Of a DNA stretch of 64,000 nucleotides, positions 52,370 through 64,000 are shown one piece after another. The notes under the pieces are model-generated. The model did no database searches. It was not told where the DNA came from and was given only the letters and a program-made list of their open reading frames with translations. Location of the stretch: assembly GCA_963748625.1 (NCBI GenBank), contig CAVVJT010000010.1:64001-128000 (forward strand), written 5' to 3'. Position numbers and translations under genes: made by a program. The DNA is from an uncultured Chloroflexia bacterium (GTDB lineage: Bacteria > Chloroflexota > Limnocylindria > Limnocylindrales > CSP1-4). The stretch's first letter is position 1; each line of letters opens with the position of its first letter.

Positions 52370-53371
52370 CTAGAGGTGGTCGCGCCCCTCGATGTGGCCC
52401 ATCTCCGAGTGCCCTGCGAAGGGACGCTCGTCCTCGTCGTGGTCGTGTCCGTGGGCAGGGCCCTCGTCCGCGTGGAGGTGGATGCCCTCGTCGGGAACGT
52501 GGACCTGGCCGCCCTGGTGGACGTGCGCCTCGCCGAGGGTGCGGGCCAGGAAGTCGCGCGTGCGGGGATCCTGCGGGTTGTCGATCACCTGCTCGGGCAG
52601 GCCGACCTCCACGAACACGCCTTCCTCGATGAAGTAGACGCGGTCCGCGGCCTCCCGGGCGAAGGCCATCTCGTGGGTGACCACGATCATCGTGGCACCC
52701 TCGTGGGCCAGCTCCTCCATGACGTTGATGACCTCGCCCACGAGCGTCGGGTCCAGGGCAGAGGTCGGCTCGTCGAACAGGAGGACCTTGGGCTCCATCG
52801 TCAGCGCCCGGGCAATCGCCACGCGCTGCTTCTGGCCGCCGGACAGGCGCGCCGGGTACTCGTCGCGCTTCTCGGACAGGCCGACCTTCTCGAGGTACTT
52901 CTCCGCGGTCGCGATCGCCTCGTCCTTCTTCATCCCCTTCACCCGGATCGGGCCCTCGATCAGGTTGTCGATGACCTTGAGGTGCGGGAAGAGGTTGAAC
53001 TCCTGGAAGACCATCTGGGCGCGAAGCCGCATCTGCCGGATCTGCTCGCGGTGCTGGCGGTCGCGGGAGCTCAAGGGAGCCGCGTCCAGGCGGAAGCCGT
53101 CGACCTCGATCGAGCCCATCGTGGGCTCCTCGAGGAAGTTGATGCAGCGCAGGAGCGTGGACTTCCCGGAGCCGGACCGGCCGATGAGGCAGATCGTCTC
53201 GCGCGGGTAGACCTCGATGGTGGCGCCCCGGAGGACGTGGTTGTCGCCGAAGTACTTGTGGACGCCGAGGGCACGCACGATGGGCGTGGTGCCGGCGGGC
53301 GTGAGGGCTCCCGGCGATGCGAACGGGTCGTGCAGGTCGGTGGCTGCCTTGGTGTCGATGGGACTCGTCAT
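52370..53371 (-). CDS. Polar amino-acid ABC ATPase (GlnQ type) with a His-rich tail
   Basis: GRSGSGKST, MVFQEFNLFPH, LSGGQKQRVAIARAL, FDEPTSALD. Confidence 0.95.
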   Translation of the reverse strand: MTSPIDTKAATDLHDPFASPGALTPAGTTPIVRALGVHKYFGDNHVLRGATIEVYPRETICLIGRSGSGKSTLLRCINFLEEPTMGSIEVDGFRLDAAPLSSRDRQHREQIRQMRLRAQMVFQEFNLFPHLKVIDNLIEGPIRVKGMKKDEAIATAEKYLEKVGLSEKRDEYPARLSGGQKQRVAIARALTMEPKVLLFDEPTSALDPTLVGEVINVMEELAHEGATMIVVTHEMAFAREAADRVYFIEEGVFVEVGLPEQVIDNPQDPRTRDFLARTLGEAHVHQGGQVHVPDEGIHLHADEGPAHGHDHDEDERPFAGHSEMGHIEGRDHL

Positions 53372-53381
53372 CTCCGTCTCC

Positions 53382-54235
53382 TCAGATCCGCCGGTCGCTC
53401 TCGGCCATGCGCTTCTCCAGGCGGTCCTGGACGATGGACAGCACGATCGTGAGGCTCCAGTAGATGGCCGCCGCGATGATCAGCGTCTCGAGCGTCCGGA
53501 AGTTGGACTGGCCGACCCGCTGCGCCCGCCACAGGAGCTCGGGCACCGCGATCACGGAGACCAGCGACGAGTCCTTGATCATCGAGATGAACTCGTTGGC
53601 GATGGCAGGGGTGATGATCCGGATCGCCTGGGGGAGGATGATCCGCCGCATCCGCGTGCGCGCCGGCATGCCCAGCGCCTGGGCCGCCTCGGTCTGCCCG
53701 CGCGGCACGGCCTGGATGCCGGCCCGGAAGGTCTCGGTCATGTAGGCGCCATAGTTGAAGGCGAGCGCGAAGATGCCCAGCGCGATGGCCGGCACCTCGC
53801 TGACGCCCGGAATGATCTGGGGCAGCGCGAGGTAGATGAAGAAGATCTGGACCAGCAACGGCGTGCCGCGGACCATCGACACGTAGAGCGTCGCGATCGC
53901 GTAGACGACCGCGTTGCCGCTCAGCCGTGCCGAGCGCGCCCAGGACCGCGAACGAGATGGCGATCGCGATGGAGAACACCGCCACGAAGACCGTGGTGGT
54001 GACCCCGCCCAGGATGTAGAGGCCCCACTCGTTGATGAAGGCGAAGTCGATCTTGTCGGCGACGACGAGCGAGCCGATCAGGCCACCGACGAGCACCAGC
54101 CATGTCACCACGAAGATGACGCGGAACCTCGTCCGCTGTCGGCGCCGCTGGTCGGCGATCGCCTTGACGATGGGGTGCACTTCGTCCGGGGGCACGCCCT
54201 GCGGGGGTGCCCATCGGTTCGGTCGAGGCGGTCAC
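53382..54235 (-). CDS. Polar amino-acid ABC permease, frameshifts at ~54198 and ~53928
   Basis: RGTPLLVQ, AYMTETFRAGI, GQTEAA, ILPQA, IKDSSL; the N-terminus lies in other frames and its GTG overlaps the SBP stop. Confidence 0.85.
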
Positions 54236-55159
54236 GCGTCTCCTCCCGTCGCCGGATATGCAGGACGGGAGCGTCCTGCGCGGACGCTCCCGTCACCGTT
54301 GATCAGGCCGTCGATCAGCCCGTCGGGGGCGACCGTCAGGTCGAGCCCGAACCACTTCTCGGACATGGCCTTGAGGGTCCCGTCGGCACGCATCTCGTCG
54401 AGGATCGTGTTGACCTTCTCGACCAGCTTCGTCGGATCGGGACCACTCTTGTCGAAGGCGACACCCAGCGGCTCGGCGTAGACCGGATCGCCGACTTTGA
54501 CGAGCGGCAGGCCCTCCGCGATCGCCTGCTCGACCGTCGTGGACGAGCTGAGCCAGCCCTGGAAGTCATCGCGACCGGCCGTCCACGCCTCGGCACACAG
54601 GCGGTCCGTGGACAGCGTGGTGGCCGTGGAGCCCTCAGGAGCCTTGTTCTTCGGGGTGTAGGTGCCGAGGTCCAGGGCGCCGGTGAGCCAGTCGTAGTAG
54701 GTGGTCGCCTCACCGGCGCAGATCACTTTGCCGGCGAGCCCGTCAAGCGAGGTGATGCCGGACTGCGGTCGAGGCCGCCATCTGGGCCGGCGTGTAGTAG
54801 TACGGCTTGCTGAAGGCGAGGACCTTCTCGCGCGGGGTGGTGATCGTCATCGACCCAACGCTGAAGTCCCAGCGACCGGCCCATGAGCCGGCGGTGATGA
54901 TGCTCCAGTCCGGCGTTTCGAACTTGATGTCCACGCCGAGCCGCTTGGCGATCTCGGAGCCGACGTCGATGTCGAAGCCCTCGAAGGTGCCTGCCGGCGT
55001 CAGCTCAGACTGGGGCGGGTACTGCGGGTCGGTGGACATGACGATGACCTTCGCCTTCTCGACCTTCGAGAGCAGGTCATCCGAACTGCTGCCACCGCAG
55101 GCCGCGACCGCGACCATCGCAGCGGCAGCCACCACAAGCATGCGTCCGCGAAGGGACAT
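54232..55159 (-). CDS. Polar amino-acid ABC substrate-binding lipoprotein, frameshift at ~54767
   Basis: VAAC lipobox, YPPQS, GFDID, SMTITTPR, FSKPYY / MRADGTLKAMSEKWFG. Confidence 0.88.
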
Positions 55160-55337
55160 GCGCTCCTCCTTTGCCCGGCGCCCACGGCGTATCGACCGCA
55201 GGACTCGGCTCGCGGCATTATCGCCCGGTGCCGGACAGCCCGTGGGGAGTGTCGAACGGCCTACCCGGACAGGGGCCGTTTACGTGACATCTGTCGGACG
55301 AACCTCGCGGCGCCTGACGGCCTCCGCCCTTCGGACC

Positions 55338-55592
55338 CTACCCGATGATCTGCCAGAACACTCCGGCCAGCCGGAGCTCCGCGGCACGTCGGATGACGGC
55401 CGACATCGCGTCGCCGACGGTGTCGCCCTCGGCATCGATCTCCCGGGAGTGGCCTTCGACGAGGCAGGTGACGCTGATCGTCACCGGCCCATCGCCCTCG
55501 ATCTCGAGGTCCGCTATCAGGATGCCCGTCCCGAGGACCCGTTCCAGGTCCTCGGCAAGGCGTGCCGCGAGCTGGGCTTCCGCGTCGTTCAC
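55338..55592 (-). CDS. Small hypothetical protein downstream of ligA
   Basis: GAGGAG RBS immediately after the ligA stop; globular 84 aa. Confidence 0.7.
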   Translation of the reverse strand: MNDAEAQLAARLAEDLERVLGTGILIADLEIEGDGPVTISVTCLVEGHSREIDAEGDTVGDAMSAVIRRAAELRLAGVFWQIIG

Positions 55593-55601
55593 ATGCTCTC
55601 C

Positions 55602-59647
<4,046 letters not shown>

Positions 59648-59685
59648 CCCTCCCCTCCGGACGCGGCCGCGCTAGGCTGCGCGCC

Positions 59686-60144
59686 ATGGACAAGACGACG
59701 CTGCTCCGCTCGATGGACGAGGCCCACGCGACGCTGGCCGGCCTGGTCGCCAGCCTGTCGGACGAGGCGCTCGATGCCCCGGCCCCCGGCATGGACGGCT
59801 GGACCCGCAAGGACGTCCTCCATCACATCGCGTGGTGGCACGACCACGCAGCGGGCGTCGTCGAGGCCCTGTGCGCGGGCCGTGAGCCGTACGACGCGGA
59901 CACCTGGGACGTGGACGCCTGGAACGCCCGGACCCTGGCCGAAGGCCGCTCGTCGACCGCGCTCGCCACCCGCACCGAGGAAGCCCAGTCGTTCGTGCGC
60001 CTCGTCGCCGCCGTGGAGTCAGCCTCACCGGCACAGCTGTTCGAGGCCGGCCACTTCGCCTGGATGGAGGACCGTGCGCTCGCCGACACTGTCGAGGGGG
60101 ACTCCTTCGGCCACTACCCCGAGCACCTCCCCCACCTCTCGTGA
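59686..60144 (+). CDS. DinB-superfamily four-helix bundle (ClbS/DfsB-like)
   Basis: WTRKDVLHHIAWW...HYPEH. Confidence 0.8.
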   Translation: MDKTTLLRSMDEAHATLAGLVASLSDEALDAPAPGMDGWTRKDVLHHIAWWHDHAAGVVEALCAGREPYDADTWDVDAWNARTLAEGRSSTALATRTEEAQSFVRLVAAVESASPAQLFEAGHFAWMEDRALADTVEGDSFGHYPEHLPHLS

Positions 60145-60737
60145 GCGACGTGCGCCTGCACGAGGCCGCGAGCCTGGGCGACCTCGACGCCATCGACGCC
60201 CTGCTCGCCTCAGGGCTGCCCATCGACGCCTGCGACAGCGATGGCCGCACGCCGCTGATGCGCGCAGTCCGCGCCCGCCACACCGAGGCCGTCCGGACCC
60301 TCGTCTCGGCTGGTGCCGACCTCGACCAGCGCGACAACCGCCTCGACAATCCCTTCCTGTACGCCGGTGCCGAAGGCCTGCTCGACATCCTGCGCATCGT
60401 CAACGAGGCGGGTGCTGACCCGACAATCACCAACCGCTACGGCGGTGTCGCGCTGATCCCGGCCTGCGAGCGCGGCCACGTCGAGGTCGTCCGGTACCTG
60501 CTGGAGCAGAGCGACGTGGACGTCGATCACGTCAACAACCTCGGCTGGACGGGCCTGCTTGAGGCCGTGATCCTGGCTGACGGCGGCCCCGCCCACCTGG
60601 AGATCATCCGGCTGCTGCTGGCCCATGGGGCAGACCCGTCCCTGGCGGACCGCGACGGTGTCACCGCTCTCGAACACGCCCGAGCGAAGGGTCAGGCCGA
60701 GGTCGTGGCGATTCTGGAGGCCGCGGCCGCGGATTGA
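60141..60737 (+). CDS. Ankyrin-repeat protein
   Basis: GRTPLM, GGVALIPACERGH, GWTGLLEA, GVTALEHA. Confidence 0.92.
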   Translation: MSDVRLHEAASLGDLDAIDALLASGLPIDACDSDGRTPLMRAVRARHTEAVRTLVSAGADLDQRDNRLDNPFLYAGAEGLLDILRIVNEAGADPTITNRYGGVALIPACERGHVEVVRYLLEQSDVDVDHVNNLGWTGLLEAVILADGGPAHLEIIRLLLAHGADPSLADRDGVTALEHARAKGQAEVVAILEAAAAD

Positions 60738-60740
60738 CTG

Positions 60741-63356
60741 CTACCCGATCAGCTCGAGGTTCGCGAGCGAGGCCAGCATCGTCTTGCGGCCCACGGTCGG
60801 GTCCTTGAACACGACCTGGACCTCCTCGTCGTCGCGGGTGAGCTTCGAGGTGATCACGAGGCCATCGCCCCAGCGGGCGTGACGGATGCGATCGCCGTCG
60901 CGATAGCGGCGCTCGCCGGGGACGATGGGGCGGGGCGGGATCACGCCGCGCGCACCCGCGCCGCCGCCCGCCGGTGACGGCATCCGGCCCAGGGAGCCCG
61001 ACGGCGCGCCCGCCGCGAAGGCGTCCCGCTTGGCCTCGAGATCGCGCGTCGGGCGGAACGACTCGCCGGCACGAGGTGCCCCCGGAACGCCGCTCCCCTG
61101 CCGGTAGGCGCCGCCGCCCGCGCGGATGCCGGCCCCGAACCTCGAGCCGCGCTCGCGGAACACGAGGTCCGGGTCCAGGTCCATGCCCGCGTCGTGCGAT
61201 CCAGGCCGCAGCTGCGGGCCGGACATGAGCTCCGGTGGAATCTCGAGGAGGAACCGGGACGGGATCCCCTGCCCCCCGCCGCCCCACGTGTTCCGGCGCC
61301 AGGCATGCGAGAGGAACAGGCGGCGCTTCGCACGGGTGATGCCCACGTAGGCCAGCCTGCGCTCCTCCTCCATCTCGCGCTCGTCGTCCATCGCCCGGTT
61401 GTGCGGGAACAGGCCCTCCTCGAGGCCCGCGATGAACACCACCGGGAACTCCAGCCCCTTCGCCGCGTGGAGCGTGATCAGCGTGACCGCGTCCTTCTCG
61501 CCCTCGTACGCGTCCTGGTCCGCGACCAGCGCGGTCTCCTCGAGCAGGCGGTCCAGGCCGTCCTCCGGCGAGAGGTCGTCGTAGCGCGTGGTCACAACGC
61601 GCAGCTCGAGCAGGTTCGCCCAGCGGTCCTCCCCGTCCTCTGACCCGTCGGCCAGCATCGCCCGGTAGCCGGACTGCTCCAGGATCTCGTCGAGCAGCTC
61701 GGGCAGGGGCAGCACGCCGATCCGCCGCCGCAGCCGCGCGACCAGCACCCCGAACTCCCCGATGGCCGTCCTCGCCCGCCCCGTCAACCCCTCGACCTCG
61801 CCCTTGCCAGCCGCCTCGAGCGCCGCGAACACCGAGCCGTCGTGCGCGTCGGCCCAGCGCCGCAGCGCCTGGATCGACTTGTCCCCGATGGACCGCGCCG
61901 GGACGTTGATGATCCGCTCGTAGCTCACGGCGTCCGTGTCCGAGCGCAGGACGCGCAGGTAGGCCAGGGCGTCCTTGACCTCGCGCCGCTGGTAGAACCG
62001 GGTCCCGCCCACCAGCTGGTACCGGATGCCGTAGTGGAGGAACTTCTCCTCGATCGCGCGGGACTGGGCGTTCATCCGGTACATGACCGCGACGTCCTTC
62101 GCCCGGAAGGCGGTCCCCTCGTCGTCGTCGGCCCGCCGCGTGAGCAGGCCGCTCCGCCCGGTGTGGCCCACCAGCCCCTCGATCTGGCGGGCGATCCACT
62201 CGGCCTCCTCCTCCTCGTTGAAGGCCTCGAAGCGCTGGATCGGGACGCCGCCCTGGTTCTCGGTCCAGAGCTTCTTGTCGGTCCGGCGCTCGTTGCGCGA
62301 CACCACGGCATGCGCGGCGTCGAGGATGACCTTGGTGGAGCGGTAGTTCTGCTCGAGCTTGACCACGGTGGCGTCCGGGTAGTCCTGCTCGAAGTCGAGG
62401 ATGTTCTGGACGTTGGCGCCGCGCCAGCCGTAGATCGACTGGTCGTCATCCCCGACGACGCACAGGTTGCGGTGGGCGGCGGCCAGGGCGCGGACCCACA
62501 GGTACTGCGGCCGGTTCGTGTCCTGGTACTCGTCCACGTGGAGGTAGCGCCAGCGGCTCTGGTACTTCGCCAGCACCTGGGGCGCCTGCTCGAACAGCTC
62601 GACGGCCTTGAGCAGGAGGTCGTCGAAGTCGAGCGCGCGGGCCTCCGCCAGGCGCTCGCGGTAGCGGACGGCGAGACGGGCGATGACGCGCTCGCGATGG
62701 TTGACCGCGTGCTCGGCGAGGAAGGTCTCGTCGAGCATGTCGTTCTTGGCCCGGCTGATGGCGCCCAGGATGGCGGCGGGCCGGAACTCGCCCGTGGCCG
62801 GGAGGTCCTGCTCGGCCAGGATCCGCTTCATGAGCTGCTGCTGGTCGTCCGTGTCGTAGATCACGAAGTTGCGCGGGAGGCCGATCGCCTCGCCGTCCTG
62901 GCGCAGCACCCGCGCGCAGAGCGCGTGGAAGGTCCCCGCCTGGACGTCCGTGCCCTGGTCACCCACGAGCGCCGTGATCCGCTCGCGCAGCTCGCCGGCC
63001 GCGCGGTTGGTGAACGTGACCGCGAGGATCCGCCGCGGCTCCACGCCCTTCGCGCCGATCAGGTACGCGATCCGGTGGGCAACCACGCGCGTCTTGCCCG
63101 AGCCCGCGCCGGCGAGGATCAGGAGCGGGCCGTCGGTGGTGGACACCGCGACCCGCTGGGGCTCGTTCATGCGGGCCAGGATCTCCAGGCCCCGGGCCTC
63201 GCGCCGCTCCGCGAGCGCGGCGGCCACCGCGTCCGGCGAGAGCGCGGGCCCGACTGCCTCCTCGACCACCGAGGGAGCGTCGCGCATCCAGTCGGGCTCC
63301 TCGGGCGAGGCGGACTCCTGGCCGGACGCGTACGGTGCTCCGGGCACACCGGGCAC
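60741..63356 (-). CDS. pcrA: UvrD/PcrA DNA helicase (true start possibly 63475 via a frameshift at ~63387)
   Basis: AGAGSGKT, VDEYQDTN, VGDDDQSIYGWRGA, LEQNYRS, TLHAAKGLEF, EERRLAYVGITRA, C-terminal Tudor-like HARWGDG. Confidence 0.96.
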   Translation of the reverse strand: MPGVPGAPYASGQESASPEEPDWMRDAPSVVEEAVGPALSPDAVAAALAERREARGLEILARMNEPQRVAVSTTDGPLLILAGAGSGKTRVVAHRIAYLIGAKGVEPRRILAVTFTNRAAGELRERITALVGDQGTDVQAGTFHALCARVLRQDGEAIGLPRNFVIYDTDDQQQLMKRILAEQDLPATGEFRPAAILGAISRAKNDMLDETFLAEHAVNHRERVIARLAVRYRERLAEARALDFDDLLLKAVELFEQAPQVLAKYQSRWRYLHVDEYQDTNRPQYLWVRALAAAHRNLCVVGDDDQSIYGWRGANVQNILDFEQDYPDATVVKLEQNYRSTKVILDAAHAVVSRNERRTDKKLWTENQGGVPIQRFEAFNEEEEAEWIARQIEGLVGHTGRSGLLTRRADDDEGTAFRAKDVAVMYRMNAQSRAIEEKFLHYGIRYQLVGGTRFYQRREVKDALAYLRVLRSDTDAVSYERIINVPARSIGDKSIQALRRWADAHDGSVFAALEAAGKGEVEGLTGRARTAIGEFGVLVARLRRRIGVLPLPELLDEILEQSGYRAMLADGSEDGEDRWANLLELRVVTTRYDDLSPEDGLDRLLEETALVADQDAYEGEKDAVTLITLHAAKGLEFPVVFIAGLEEGLFPHNRAMDDEREMEEERRLAYVGITRAKRRLFLSHAWRRNTWGGGGQGIPSRFLLEIPPELMSGPQLRPGSHDAGMDLDPDLVFRERGSRFGAGIRAGGGAYRQGSGVPGAPRAGESFRPTRDLEAKRDAFAAGAPSGSLGRMPSPAGGGAGARGVIPPRPIVPGERRYRDGDRIRHARWGDGLVITSKLTRDDEEVQVVFKDPTVGRKTMLASLANLELIG

Positions 63357-63540
63357 GCCGGTGTCGCCGGGATCCTCGTCGTCCGCCCGACGTCAAGCCA
63401 GGTGCCCTGGCCGTCGGGCGCTTCGCGGCGGGTCCGGCGACGCTTTCCGGGCTCGCCTGCGGGGGTGGGACTCACCCGCCCATTCTAGGGCGGGTGCCGG
63501 GCCACCACCCTGTCACGGGCCACCGCAATGTCACGGGCGA

Positions 63541-64000
63541 TCAGCCGGCCACCGGCTCCTTGATCGGCACGGCCTCGTTCCAGCCGGAGAACTCCACCAC
63601 GATCCGCAGGTCCACAGAGCCGTCCTCCGAGAGCACGTCGAGGTCGAGCTGCTGCGGGCGCAGGGTCTCCACGTCCGCCAGCAGCGTGACGACGGTGTAG
63701 AGCGGGGGCAGCTCCACGCCACTTGCCGACGCGACCGCCTGGCGCACGACCTCGCCCACCGTGAAGCCGGTGTCGACGGTGACCTGGCGACACGAGCCCG
63801 TCGCCGAGCCGCACGACACCTCCTCGACAGAGGGCATCGGCAGCCGGGCCAGCGACGCCCGAAGGCTGTCCACCAGCGTGATCGGATTGGCATCGAGGCC
63901 CGCGGCCGAGGCCACCTCGCCGATCGAGCCCCGCGTCCACGTCCCGTCGGGCTCCGTCCGATACCAGAGGGCGTCCCAGGAGTTGACCGTGTCGAGATCG
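63541..64000 (-). CDS. Hypothetical exported protein, C-terminal part (LppX/LolA-like ending)
   Basis: Frame open to the window end (DLDTVNSWDALWYRTEPDGTW...); ends EFSGWNEAVPIKEP. Confidence 0.55.
   Translation of the reverse strand, partial: DLDTVNSWDALWYRTEPDGTWTRGSIGEVASAAGLDANPITLVDSLRASLARLPMPSVEEVSCGSATGSCRQVTVDTGFTVGEVVRQAVASASGVELPPLYTVVTLLADVETLRPQQLDLDVLSEDGSVDLRIVVEFSGWNEAVPIKEPVAG

Overview
Very GC-rich bacterial chromosomal window with no integrase, transposase, prophage, rRNA or CRISPR array that I can support. By gene content and style it is most likely a Chloroflexota (Limnocylindria-like) genome; this is inference only. Housekeeping genes: argG (partial), tRNA-Leu(CAA), dnaE, gatC/gatA/gatB, ligA, pcrA/uvrD. 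Also present: an ECF sigma factor followed by two anti-sigma genes that share a near-identical 448-bp 5' half, an EEP-nuclease fusion beside the tRNA, a LuxR/AAA regulator module, an MtrAB-LpqB-like RR/HK/GerMN trio, a ~15-kb nucleoside uptake and salvage cluster (two BMP-type ABC systems, two nucleoside hydrolases, cdd, deoD), an HTH plus PD-(D/E)XK-like gene and a polar amino-acid ABC transporter. Several intergenic regions pair a palindromic core with a GC-rich minisatellite. At least 8 genes show a leaderless TAnnnT-N6/7-start signature. About 13 single-base frameshifts suggest long-read consensus errors or real pseudogenisation. All family calls come from motif recognition by eye, not database searches.
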